DNA of 64,000 bases from Candidatus Ozemobacteraceae bacterium (GCA_965140445.1 OZ223236.1:1568001-1632000), one strand, 5' to 3'. Shown: positions 50,055 to 59,961, counted from the stretch's first letter. Made by a program: numbers and translations. The notes: generated by a model not told the origin, from the sequence alone.

Positions 50055-52892
50055 TTATTCTAGATTCTCAATCGCTTTAAAGAATCTCAAGGTTTGTTCT
50101 GGTGTTTCTGATTCTACAGTCAGGTATTCTCTTCTAGATAGTTCGTGGTCAAGCTTTTGCTTAATGGACACAATCTCATTTTCTCTTTTCAATAAGAAAG
50201 GGTCATTTTGTGTAAATTTATCATATATCGGGGCCAGTTTTTTCTCTTCGTTGAGAAATGCGTGGGCAGCTATTCCAAGCTCATTTCTTTTTCCATGATG
50301 ATCTTCTGGCAAATTTTGGATCCTTTGACAAAGGTAGTCACCAAGGCCAAATCTGGTCTCCTGCGTTGAGGCTATAAAGCTCGTAATTTTTGAATTTGAA
50401 TCTCGACGAGAAAGAAAAATATCGAACCGCATTCTTGATTCAATTTCATGACAGAGCTCATGGAGCTTAAACTTGTTTTTTTCCATTAATTCGGGGTTGT
50501 TCTGAGAAATTATTGTTATTGGCGCTCCAGGAAATGGTTTTAGCTCATTTACTGTTTGCGAGGAAGCTGAATCAATAACAAAACCAGGGCAATCCAACCC
50601 AAGATTCAGTAAATTGTAGAATGTCTTTAACCTGTCGGCAGGCCCAACAAAGGGATTTCGCATTAGTAGAAACCCACGAGACGTCATTCCCTGAGCCTCA
50701 ATTGCTTTGACCACATTTTTAATGTCAGTGAAACTATAGCTCGGAGCCTGTGAGCTAAGGTGTGTTTTAAGAAGCTGGAAGCTGGTTTTAAGGAGTTGAA
50801 TCGACGAATCGGTATACGAATCAATGCCAATAACAATTTCGTCTATTCCAAGGCCCTTATAGGCCTTTATAAGATCTGTATTAATTTTGTCCGGCGAATC
50901 GTTGCGCAAAAATCCCTGCAGCCCATTGTGGCGAATGAAAAACTCAAAGAATCTAAGCAGATCCCTCGATTGAAGTTCACTCAAAAGCTGTGAGACACGT
51001 TCAGGGGCCTTGTTAAAGTTGCTATCCAGGAAGTAAACATCGAGATACTCATTGTTTTGAAGGGAAAATCTGTCTTTCAAATTCTGGAGAATGTCGGCGA
51101 CTTTAGTTGGTGAAAGCGGGGTGAATGGTATAAATCCGCCCGAACAGCAAATTGAACACTCATTCCCGCATCCGCGACTTGTTAATAACAAGAATGAGCC
51201 CTTGGCTGCGTGGGGACGGCGTTTAACTGCGAAATACTCTTTGAGAAAGAGGTCGTAATCCTCTGAGTAAACCTGTCGCAAGCTTTCCGGGCATAGGGTT
51301 AACTGATTTAAGCCTTCTGTTGTTAATACGAAACGCCTGTCAATTCGACTTATAGCTACCGCATCCAATGCAATGCGCTGAATGACGCCTTTGTGCTTAA
51401 ATACTTCGCGTGCCGAAAAGTTGGAAGAGGCAAGATCCTCAAGGATATTTACCAGCCTGCCGCCTTGTTCATCGCCTAATACAAGGGTGGCTGCTTCTGC
51501 ACCTCCTGCTGCTTCCGGTTCCAGGACGGGGCCAAGACCTGTAGCTATACAATACACCTCGTTTGGAAGGATTCCGCGGGGCCTGTGAGGAGTGTGATAA
51601 TCTGGCGAGAAATAAGATTCCTCCGAGGAGTTCGCTGTTCGATAAATCCATATTCTGGAGGATTCTGCCGGCTTAATATTGAATCCATCAAGCTTGAATT
51701 CTTCACAGGTTGCGGCAGCGAGAAGGCCCTCTTCTGCCTCTGCTGAAATCGAGTTCAGACCCTGGATATGAACGTCTTTTTCCAGCGGAAGTGTTGTTTT
51801 AATGAACAAATGAGTATTTTCTTCAAATTCATGCGTTGAAGAGAGAATTTTTTCCGAGAGTTCTTCGAGGTCGATCTGATCGCCTTTCATTTCTCCAATG
51901 AAATCGTTGTCTAACCAAATTGTAGCTTTGTCTTTGTGGTCAGAAATAAGCAGTTGCCAGTTTGATTTAAAAGAGACTTTTGAGCCTTTTCCAGAGAAGG
52001 TCGCAGAAATTTTTTCCTGTGCCAGTTTATCTGAGATAAAAATTGAAATCTCAGAGTTTTGCTTCATAATTTCATACAACCGAAAGTAACTGCAAACTGT
52101 TTTAGAAATGGATGTGGCTTGCGGAATCAGGAGCTTTTGATTAATAGTTCTTAGATACATGTGAAATGGCAACTTTGTTAATGGGCTGGGAAACTCTTTC
52201 AGAAATCGTTTTGTCATTCTTATGCGAAATAATCTGGCAAGAAATTTTATAAGCTCTGGAATGATAATCGGAAGCTGTCGCATATGTTCTTCAAAGCTTC
52301 CGAAGTCACTAATTATTCGTATGGAGCAGCAGGGGATATTGCTTTCTTTTGCAAGTCTGGCAATATGAGCGTCTTCCATTTCAAGGATTTCAGTTTCAGG
52401 AAACTTTGCAATGATTTCACTTTTTTGTTCTTTTGTGTCTATAAAAACATCAGATGAATAACCTCTGACAATGCGAGCGGTCACACCGTGGCAGGCCGAA
52501 TAAAAAAGTTCTTCAATCAGACTTTCGTTGAAATTGTATCGATCTGTTGTTGTTGAGGTTTGTTGTGTAATTGCAAAATCACCGATTTTTAAAGAATCGG
52601 AAAGCGCCATTGCAGTTCCGACAACAAAAATCTCAGATGGCGCAGCCTGCATTATTGCTTGTGAGAGTGAACCCAGCAAAGCTTCAATTTTGTCGCCAAA
52701 TGGCAACCTGAGAAGCCAGACTTTGCTTCCGTGAATTTCTCCCTGAAAGAGATCTGAAGGGGCTTGAGCTATTTTACAGTGAAATTTGCCATTGATTAAT
52801 TTTTGCAGAGCACTAAACTCAACCGGGTCCAGGCAGAGCAAAAGTGGGAAAGATTTTGCTACGTCTATTTTAGTCATTTCAGTTTTTTCCAA
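50055..52892 (-). CDS. MTA/SAH nucleosidase-like domain fused to a radical SAM domain
   Basis: VGTAMAL...IGD, SSDVFI, LEMEDAHIA, IRIISD; then TSRGCGNECSICC (Cx3Cx2C), LDSNF, IGIDS; likely ATG start 52877. Confidence 0.75.
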   Translation of the reverse strand: MEKTEMTKIDVAKSFPLLLCLDPVEFSALQKLINGKFHCKIAQAPSDLFQGEIHGSKVWLLRLPFGDKIEALLGSLSQAIMQAAPSEIFVVGTAMALSDSLKIGDFAITQQTSTTTDRYNFNESLIEELFYSACHGVTARIVRGYSSDVFIDTKEQKSEIIAKFPETEILEMEDAHIARLAKESNIPCCSIRIISDFGSFEEHMRQLPIIIPELIKFLARLFRIRMTKRFLKEFPSPLTKLPFHMYLRTINQKLLIPQATSISKTVCSYFRLYEIMKQNSEISIFISDKLAQEKISATFSGKGSKVSFKSNWQLLISDHKDKATIWLDNDFIGEMKGDQIDLEELSEKILSSTHEFEENTHLFIKTTLPLEKDVHIQGLNSISAEAEEGLLAAATCEEFKLDGFNIKPAESSRIWIYRTANSSEESYFSPDYHTPHRPRGILPNEVYCIATGLGPVLEPEAAGGAEAATLVLGDEQGGRLVNILEDLASSNFSAREVFKHKGVIQRIALDAVAISRIDRRFVLTTEGLNQLTLCPESLRQVYSEDYDLFLKEYFAVKRRPHAAKGSFLLLTSRGCGNECSICCSGGFIPFTPLSPTKVADILQNLKDRFSLQNNEYLDVYFLDSNFNKAPERVSQLLSELQSRDLLRFFEFFIRHNGLQGFLRNDSPDKINTDLIKAYKGLGIDEIVIGIDSYTDSSIQLLKTSFQLLKTHLSSQAPSYSFTDIKNVVKAIEAQGMTSRGFLLMRNPFVGPADRLKTFYNLLNLGLDCPGFVIDSASSQTVNELKPFPGAPITIISQNNPELMEKNKFKLHELCHEIESRMRFDIFLSRRDSNSKITSFIASTQETRFGLGDYLCQRIQNLPEDHHGKRNELGIAAHAFLNEEKKLAPIYDKFTQNDPFLLKRENEIVSIKQKLDHELSRREYLTVESETPEQTLRFFKAIENLE

Positions 52893-53748
52893 ACTTTGTA
52901 AAGCCCAGTATTTTTAGATTCTGATTTAACCGGTCAAAGATAGCTTTGTTTTCCGGTATGCTATCAGCTTCTACCAGATATTTCTGGATGCTTGTTTTAA
53001 GCTCTTCAGGCAGGTCATTTCTTATAACTATTGGGTCTGGTTTTATCTTTTCTGTCTTTGCAATAACTTTTACTGGAAGATCTTCTCTTAAGCTTCCGTC
53101 CGAATTTCTTAAAATAAAATCAGAAACTGCTCCGGCATCAACTTTCTTGTTAATAACGTCTTCCAGGCAACGGTCATGGGTTCCCGCAAAGCTAATTTTC
53201 TTAAAGAAAGTGCCGGGAAGAATGCCATTTTCCTTGAAAAGCAGGTTGGGGTATATAAATCCACTATTCGATTGTCGGTCAACGTAGGAAAAACTTTTGT
53301 CCTTGAGATCCTGAATTTTAATAATTGATGATTCGGAATGACAGATTATTGCCCCTTGATATGTGCTGCCCTCTAAAACCTTTGGCGAGCAGATTGCCGA
53401 CATTTGATTATTCAAGTTCGTGCCTTCTCTTTGTGAAAACCAGCCTATTTCAATCTTTTTCTGGGCAATAACCTTTTCCAACTCAGAGTAATCGTTCAGA
53501 ATCAGAATATTAATTTTTCTTCCAATTTTTGGCTCAAGATATTTCACTAAAGGTGATAGGCTTTCAATAAGCTTCTCGTCTTCTACAAAGGGGAAAACAC
53601 CAAAATTCAAAGGGGCTTTTGAGGAAAAAATTATTTTGCCCGCTGTTTTTGTGTCGCTGCTACAGCCATTCATAACAAGTATTAGCACGCAAAAAATCAA
53701 AAAAGAAATTTTCTGCTTAAGGTTCTTTTTTAATAGAAATTGTTTCAT
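52879..53748 (-). CDS. PhnD-like phosphate/phosphonate-binding lipoprotein
   Basis: Lipobox-like MNG|C; YQGAII, DLKDKSFSYVD..SNSG..YP, FAGTHD, VDAGAV. Confidence 0.85.
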   Translation of the reverse strand: MKQFLLKKNLKQKISFLIFCVLILVMNGCSSDTKTAGKIIFSSKAPLNFGVFPFVEDEKLIESLSPLVKYLEPKIGRKINILILNDYSELEKVIAQKKIEIGWFSQREGTNLNNQMSAICSPKVLEGSTYQGAIICHSESSIIKIQDLKDKSFSYVDRQSNSGFIYPNLLFKENGILPGTFFKKISFAGTHDRCLEDVINKKVDAGAVSDFILRNSDGSLREDLPVKVIAKTEKIKPDPIVIRNDLPEELKTSIQKYLVEADSIPENKAIFDRLNQNLKILGFTKFGKN

Positions 53749-56510
53749 TCATGATTTCCGTTTCTATCAGCTTTTGAAGCTAATTCATGCAGTTGTTTTT
53801 CAGTTAGCGAAAAAGATGTTTGAAACTCTTTCAAAAAGTTACCTTTATCCTTTTCTACTGATAAGATTTTAACAAAAATACCAGGGATTCCGGCAGGTAA
53901 CGAAGATTCTAAATATTCTAGCCCTGTTGATATGTAGAATTGATCACCTTTAGAAAGCGCTTTAATTGCTTCGAGAACTTTTTCAGGGTTTTCAGAATCA
54001 ATTGATAAAAAACTTATCAGAAGGTCTAATCTTTGATCTGTTTCAATATTTGCAATTGGTTTATTTTCTGGATTCAAATCACCGCATTTTTCCCTATAAA
54101 AGCCTAAAGCCTTTCCCTGTATGTATTTTAGGATTTCCCAATGGAGAATAAATCTGAATTCGCTTAAAGCCTTTTTTTGCCAAAGATTTTCAAGAAGTCT
54201 GGTTAAATTTTTATCACTTATCTGTATTCTCTGAATGGCTGAACTGATAGTCGCAAAAAACTTATCAGGCTCGATTGAATGATTTAATTCTTCTTCCAAA
54301 ATAAAATGCAGCACTGTCTTAAAATATTCTCTGAAATCCTCGCAGTTGTTTTCTGTGAGTAGCTTGCAGAAGGTTGCTCTTGCCCCGGCATTTTCTAGTT
54401 TTAGTAACTCTTTGAGTAAGGAAATGGTTTCTCCGGAAATTCCAGAAAATTTTCCCTCTATTGAAGCTCTTTCAGATTTGCTTAGACTGTCCAGGATACT
54501 TGCAATATCGTTTTCCAGGCTCAGCTCAATTTTTTGTTTCTGGAGTTTGGCCAGATTCTTGATGCTGGAATTTGTGTCTGATTCAGAAAGTTTCTGAAGG
54601 CCATTGAGAATCTCCGGCGCAGGGAATTTTCCAGAAATTCTTATTCCGGCATTTGCGATTTGTTCATCTGCAGAATTGATTGCAGCTAAAACTTCTGGAA
54701 TAAAAATTGGAAGCCCGGTTTTTTCAATGGCTGAAAGCGCGGCAATCGTAGATTCAGGGTTTTGTTTATTTTTTAGCAGGTTTTTTAAAGTTTGAAGTGA
54801 TTTGAATATAAGATCTTCACAGATGGAAATCTGAAGAATTGATGTCAAAGCTGCAGCTTGAACCCTCGGAACTGGATCTTGCAAATGGTATTCAAGTAGT
54901 TCTTCTATATCTGAGCGATTTTTTGTTTCTCCAAGTCCTTCGAGAAAATTTGCCAGAACGCGGGGAAATGAAGCAAACTCTGAACACAGGCTTTGGATTT
55001 TTTCAATTGTTTCACCTTGAAAATTCTTAGCCAGAAGTCTTGCTGCAAGAGATTGAACCTTGGGTTCATTATGATCTTTTGTAAGAGGCAACAATAATTC
55101 GTTTCCATTTTCTGCAGAAAGGTGAGTTATTTGACTTATGGCCAGCAGCCTCTTTTCGCCACTAGATCTATCAATCAAATCTTTAAGCAAAGCCTGTTTA
55201 AGCTGTTGATCCTTATTTGCAAGAATTGCCTGAAAAAGATCACCCGAAGAGGCGTCATTTCTGGCAATAGTTCTTTCTAATTCCTGTTTATATCCCTTTT
55301 CCAGAGGGGTGCAAAGATAGAGCATAATCCCGAAAACTATTGCCAGAAGAACAAAGGCCGAGCTTGTGCCAAGATAGGATTGGAAAAGAATAAGGGAAAC
55401 TCCGGATATCATTGCACCAAATGATGCTGTTAAACCATTTACTCCCAATAGTTTCATTCTTTGATCTGAAGGAAAAATACTATATAAAAGGGTGAAGGAT
55501 GAATTATAAAAAGATTTTACCAGAAAGGTGAACAGGAATTGAGTGGCGATAATCCACCAGAAACCGGTTTTTAAAGTCGTCAAAATGCACATTGGGAGTA
55601 TGATTGCCGGTAAGATCCTTGTTGAATTTATAATTCCAGCTTTTTTAAAAAAGTAGCCAGCGAAACCGAGTTGGGAAATCAAAACCAGCGAATCAGTAAT
55701 CGAGCTATAAATTGCTATAAATCCTGCCAGTTCTTCAGGCGAAGGATAGTTTTGGGTGATAGCTCGTGAATACTGAAAGTCCATCCAATATTTTCCCAGC
55801 ATGTTTAAGAAGGTTATCGCAATGATTAGTTTTCCAAGCGATGAGAACGAAAAAACAGATGGGGCAGGGGATTTTTCCTTTTCTATTTTGTCCGGTTCTT
55901 CAACAGCTGTATCTGGTCTGCTTGATTTTGGGTATGCCATGAGAATCAGGATTCCAATTGAGAAAACTGCAGTTCCTGCCATCGCCAAAGTTTTTAATGA
56001 AATGATATTCAAACTGAGTCTTATAAAAAAACCGCTTACAATAAAGCTAAGGCTACCAAAACCTGTTATGACTGGAAGATACCTTTTGGCTTCCTGAAGA
56101 GGAAATACGTCGTTAACGAAATGTGAGAAAAACTGGCTGAAAAATAGATCAAAAATCATTACCAGTAATAGATAAAAAACAGTTACAGCAGCCGATTCTG
56201 CTGAAAATAAAATGAATCTGCAAAACAGAAAGAATAAAAACACCCAGGTAAGGTATTTTAAATAATCTCTGGAAGCACCTTTTAGCTTGCTTATAGAAAA
56301 AAACTGCAGAGAAATATAAACAACATTCATGGCGGTATATACATAAGGAAGCTTATCTACGCCTGCTACAGTAAAAAAGGTTGTTTGAGAGGTTACAAAG
56401 AAGATGTTTATTGAGGCGCGCATCAAAAATTGGAAAATGCATAATCCCCAAATCCTGAAAGACAGGAAAGAGAAATCAAGTTTTTCTTTTACTGAGGCAC
56501 TTTCAACCAT
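53745..56510 (-). CDS. Npt1/Npt2 (TLC ATP/ADP translocase-like) MFS domain plus HEAT repeats
   Basis: About 12 TM segments with GVDKLPYVY, F..FVNDVF...EAKR.LP, DFQY, YKQEL; HEAT units such as LQDPVPRVQAAALTSI; probable start ATG 56510 (TAATG overlap). Confidence 0.75.
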   Translation of the reverse strand: MVESASVKEKLDFSFLSFRIWGLCIFQFLMRASINIFFVTSQTTFFTVAGVDKLPYVYTAMNVVYISLQFFSISKLKGASRDYLKYLTWVFLFFLFCRFILFSAESAAVTVFYLLLVMIFDLFFSQFFSHFVNDVFPLQEAKRYLPVITGFGSLSFIVSGFFIRLSLNIISLKTLAMAGTAVFSIGILILMAYPKSSRPDTAVEEPDKIEKEKSPAPSVFSFSSLGKLIIAITFLNMLGKYWMDFQYSRAITQNYPSPEELAGFIAIYSSITDSLVLISQLGFAGYFFKKAGIINSTRILPAIILPMCILTTLKTGFWWIIATQFLFTFLVKSFYNSSFTLLYSIFPSDQRMKLLGVNGLTASFGAMISGVSLILFQSYLGTSSAFVLLAIVFGIMLYLCTPLEKGYKQELERTIARNDASSGDLFQAILANKDQQLKQALLKDLIDRSSGEKRLLAISQITHLSAENGNELLLPLTKDHNEPKVQSLAARLLAKNFQGETIEKIQSLCSEFASFPRVLANFLEGLGETKNRSDIEELLEYHLQDPVPRVQAAALTSILQISICEDLIFKSLQTLKNLLKNKQNPESTIAALSAIEKTGLPIFIPEVLAAINSADEQIANAGIRISGKFPAPEILNGLQKLSESDTNSSIKNLAKLQKQKIELSLENDIASILDSLSKSERASIEGKFSGISGETISLLKELLKLENAGARATFCKLLTENNCEDFREYFKTVLHFILEEELNHSIEPDKFFATISSAIQRIQISDKNLTRLLENLWQKKALSEFRFILHWEILKYIQGKALGFYREKCGDLNPENKPIANIETDQRLDLLISFLSIDSENPEKVLEAIKALSKGDQFYISTGLEYLESSLPAGIPGIFVKILSVEKDKGNFLKEFQTSFSLTEKQLHELASKADRNGNHE

Positions 56511-57742
56511 TATTCCGCTTTGTCCTCTGATTTTGTTTTTTTCCACATTTCAGAGATGATAGCTTTGCGCTGGAGAGACTCGGCAAGACTGTTAGCCGCT
56601 TTTGCAGCTTTTCCCAGATCATCGTTATTTTCTAAAATGATGCGATGAGAGTAGATTCCCGACTCAAGTTTCTGCAGGCCCTGTATCAATTTCTGAATTG
56701 GAGATGAAATAAGCCTGGTTAGGAAAAAACTGGCAAAAGCAGCAAGAATTATAGTGAATAAAAGAATGGAGATGAAATTTTCTCTAATCTCATCTATCAG
56801 CCTGAAAGCGCTTTTGGAAGCCTGTCCTACGGCAACAAAGCTATCGAGAAATCTATTGTAGGAAAAAGAAAGCAAATCGGATTCATTCCCATTGGCAACT
56901 TTTATGGTTTTAAAGTTTATTTCTGGATCAACTCCAAGTTGATCTCTATCAATGTCAAATTTTATTGCTCTAAGCGAAAGTCTGTCTCCTTTTCGAGCAA
57001 TAATTTCTCCCTGTTGGTTGAATATGCAGGCGTAGGTTTGTTCATCTTCTGATGAAGAATCCAATAAAGACTGGATTTGAGAGCCAGACAAAATGGCCGT
57101 TGCAAGACAAATGCCAGCAAACTCTGAGGGTTGCGAAAAGTGTCTAATTGGAATAATGAATAGGTGATTTACTCCAGAATTCAAAAAGCTAAAGGAATTT
57201 TTCTCTCCGGTTGCAAATGATTGTCGGATTTTTTCAAATGCAGGAGCTAAACCGCGAAATTGCTTTATTTCAAGACTTGAGACCGGCTTTCCTAAAAGTC
57301 TTGCAAGCGTTTGCCCAGTGTGACGCCCTGCAGCTCCCATTAGCTGGAAATTTTTATCAAAAACTAGAATTTCTCTAAAAAATGTGTTGTTTACCAGGAA
57401 ATTTAGGCCAGGAGCTTCTATTTCATTTTGAGCAAAGCTTTGTAGCTCAGGCAATCTGGAAAAAGCCTTTAGATGATCCAGTTGAGAGTTTAAATATACG
57501 TTGAGTCCATTTTCTATGATTTTTAACTCGGACTGATGATTTTTGACAACCAGCTTATCAATGGCTTTCGAGGAGAGATTCAACGTTATCAGGCCCAGCG
57601 TTAAAATCGGGAGTATTGCAGAAGCGAAAATGAAAATGCCAAGCTTTATGTGAAATGGCATTGGGGCAGGATGGGAAGGGGCGTTTTCCGGCGGCATTTG
57701 CTTCTCCGTTTCATTGGATAGAAAGAAATTTTGCAGAATCAA
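56510..57742 (-). CDS. membrane sensor with Cache-like periplasmic domain and HAMP, no output domain
   Basis: TM, about 270-aa periplasmic region, TM, then HAMP (ISSPIQKL...G.YS.RI.LENNDDLGK.A.A.N.LA..L), then a stop. Confidence 0.75.
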   Translation of the reverse strand: MILQNFFLSNETEKQMPPENAPSHPAPMPFHIKLGIFIFASAILPILTLGLITLNLSSKAIDKLVVKNHQSELKIIENGLNVYLNSQLDHLKAFSRLPELQSFAQNEIEAPGLNFLVNNTFFREILVFDKNFQLMGAAGRHTGQTLARLLGKPVSSLEIKQFRGLAPAFEKIRQSFATGEKNSFSFLNSGVNHLFIIPIRHFSQPSEFAGICLATAILSGSQIQSLLDSSSEDEQTYACIFNQQGEIIARKGDRLSLRAIKFDIDRDQLGVDPEINFKTIKVANGNESDLLSFSYNRFLDSFVAVGQASKSAFRLIDEIRENFISILLFTIILAAFASFFLTRLISSPIQKLIQGLQKLESGIYSHRIILENNDDLGKAAKAANSLAESLQRKAIISEMWKKTKSEDKAE

Positions 57743-57839
57743 AATAGCTCTGACTATTGTGGATTCTTATTGCATTATAATAAGTGATAGAGCAAAATAT
57801 CGCCAGAGTAAAACGGGGAAAATCCCTTTGCGCTACTAG

Positions 57840-58979
57840 TTAAATGACTTCAACTGGAACAGATAAGCTGAAGGTTGTTCCAGAGTCCGGGGTAGACTCG
57901 AAGATTATTTTGGCACAGAGCGCGTCTTCTGACAGAAGTTTCATTGAATAGGTTCCGACTCCATGTCCTTCACCTTTTGCAGAAACAATATTACGCTGAA
58001 AAATCCTTGGCTGAATATTTTCAGGAATTACCTTTTCATTCCAGACCTTAAAAATTATGTGATTGCATTGGTCTATTTCAAACCAGAATCTAACCTGTTG
58101 ATTTGCTTTGGAAGCTTCGCATGCATTTATTAGCATATTCTGTAAAACTCTAACTAAAATTACAGGTTCGGTGTAAATATTAATTGGGGGATATGATTCC
58201 GGTATGGCAATAATTATATCCTTGCTGGATGGATGGGCGAGGATAGCATTAATGGCGTCGTTAAAAAGATCCTCAAGAGAAACGGCCTGAAATCTCTGGG
58301 AAAGGTTTTCCATCTTTTCTGTTAAAAGAAAACGCTGAATTTCAACTTCTTTAGCTAGCTTGTGAGCGGCATTGTTTATTGACTGTATCAGCTCAAGATT
58401 CTGGGCAAATTTACTTTCAATTGCCAGTTCGCTCAAGCCAAGAATAGATGTTAATGAATTATTTAAATCGTGAAAAAAGGTTTTTTCAATGCTCGCCAAT
58501 CTTGCTTGTCTGGTGTGATCCTGAATGAAAAAAAGAAGCATGGGTTCTTCTGAAAGATTAAATGGCGCTGCTTTTACACGAAAAACCATATTTTTCATTT
58601 CGCCATTGGAGCATATGCTGATGGCGCAGTCTTTTTCTGTGGTTTTCTGCGAGGTTATTGATGCCAGCATAGCAATTGCAGCTCCGCAAGAGGAGCACAC
58701 CTTGGATGTGCCGCATCCGGATGGTGATTTTCTGGAATTAATGCACCCAGCCGCCTCTCCAAATCGCATTCCAAGAATTGACTGTGCATCTTCGGCACCG
58801 ATATTTTTAAGCAATGTAGTATTTACTGCAATTAGTTGACGATGCTGGTTTAATACCGCAAGCATTCCATCGCTTAAAGACATTAAAGCGTCAACAATTG
58901 AGCTGTTAGCGGCTTCTCTAATTTGTTTTTCCAGCTCAAAAGAAGTGGCGCGCTGCGCGTGTGCAAATGCGGTGCTCAT
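57840..58979 (-). CDS. soluble sensor histidine kinase with Cys-rich PAS-like domain
   Basis: G.RFGEAAGC...GCG....CSSC; FFHDLNN (H box), QNMLINACEA (N box), GHGVGTYSMK (G box). Confidence 0.85.
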   Translation of the reverse strand: MSTAFAHAQRATSFELEKQIREAANSSIVDALMSLSDGMLAVLNQHRQLIAVNTTLLKNIGAEDAQSILGMRFGEAAGCINSRKSPSGCGTSKVCSSCGAAIAMLASITSQKTTEKDCAISICSNGEMKNMVFRVKAAPFNLSEEPMLLFFIQDHTRQARLASIEKTFFHDLNNSLTSILGLSELAIESKFAQNLELIQSINNAAHKLAKEVEIQRFLLTEKMENLSQRFQAVSLEDLFNDAINAILAHPSSKDIIIAIPESYPPINIYTEPVILVRVLQNMLINACEASKANQQVRFWFEIDQCNHIIFKVWNEKVIPENIQPRIFQRNIVSAKGEGHGVGTYSMKLLSEDALCAKIIFESTPDSGTTFSLSVPVEVI

Positions 58980-59180
58980 AGAGCTCTCCTCTCAGATCGG
59001 TACAACTTTTCTTTCAGTATATCTAATCAGAAAAGTTTAATCAATACAATTAATGCGGCCTGGAACAAAAATTCAGCTTGGCTTTTTCTCGTGCAAGACT
59101 ATTTCAAGCAACACAAATTTAAAGCAGTTATCTGTCATTTCTTTGCAGACAAAACTGTCCAATTTTACTTGCCCACTACA

Positions 59181-59344
59181 GTTGAATCGAAAGAGCTTTT
59201 TTTAAGACTCTTTGGTGCCATGCTGGCTCAATAATAAAGATCTTGGAAGGGCATTTTTGCTGCTAAAAATGCCGCTCTAAGGACAAAAAGCAGATATTAT
59301 TAGACTATTTTACTTTATCTGTAGGACTTTCCGCTGGTCCGACC
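59181..59344. repeat. direct repeat A, copy 1 (about 164 bp)
   Basis: GTTGAATCGAAAGAGC...TTTCCGCTGGTCCGACC, near-identical to 62641-62804. Confidence 0.92.
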
Positions 59345-59375
59345 TGGAGTGTGCTGGACCTGGGGTGTGCTGGAC
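59341..59375. repeat. 16-bp tandem duplication
   Basis: GACCTGGAGTGTGCTG-GACCTGGGGTGTGCTG-GAC. Confidence 0.8.
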
Positions 59376-59392
59376 TGTGGTTACATGCAGGC

Positions 59393-59704
59393 TTATAGAC
59401 CATAAGCCTCATCATGAGGGCCAAACAAAACAAATTTCAACGTGTTATCTGGAATTTCTTTACAGTCAAAACAGTTTACGATTACATCATCATTCTTTTT
59501 CCGGCAAGCTTCGCAAAACAGGTAAATGATAATGAAATTTTTCTTTACCGGACAGGAATAAAATCCTTGAAAATTGCCTTTAAGAGGCTCCCCAATGGTC
59601 AGGGGGCTTTCTATTATCATATCAACCTTTTTCTTTACAAGCTTTTTTATTGATGAATGTTTATTTAAAGCTTTAACAAAGGCAGATTCAAATTTTACAT
59701 TCAT
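59393..59704 (-). CDS. RelE/ParE-family toxin with a CxxC..CxxC insertion
   Basis: VKFESAFVKAL, P..GEPLKG...G.YS, FIIIY, FGPHDEAY; ATGA overlap with the antitoxin. Confidence 0.75.
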   Translation of the reverse strand: MNVKFESAFVKALNKHSSIKKLVKKKVDMIIESPLTIGEPLKGNFQGFYSCPVKKNFIIIYLFCEACRKKNDDVIVNCFDCKEIPDNTLKFVLFGPHDEAYGL

Positions 59705-59961
59705 TGGTCTCCAAAGACCTCGTCATAAGAATGCCAGCTTGCTTTACCGTCTCTAAGTCTAGCCTGAGCATCTATCATTGCTTTCTGGAATGCAGGATGT
59801 GAAAGAATCTGTTCTGTCCTTTCACCTTCAGCACGGCGTTTAAGTGCCAAAAGGTATTGAGTTATCATATCTGCGACAGAAGTGCGGTTTTCCGCAGCAA
59901 AAAGTCTTATAAAGTCGGCCAAGTCTTGATCTAGACTAATGTTTATTCTTGTTTTTGTCAT
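59701..59961 (-). CDS. ribbon-helix-helix antitoxin
   Basis: KTRINISLDQDL...FAAE..TSVADMI; C-terminal SYDEVFG. Confidence 0.78.
   Translation of the reverse strand: MTKTRINISLDQDLADFIRLFAAENRTSVADMITQYLLALKRRAEGERTEQILSHPAFQKAMIDAQARLRDGKASWHSYDEVFGDQ

Noticed and set aside
56461..56560. Frameshifted fusion of the Cache-HAMP sensor with the Npt-HEAT protein
   Set aside because: The clean TAATG stop/start overlap is better read as translational coupling of two genes.
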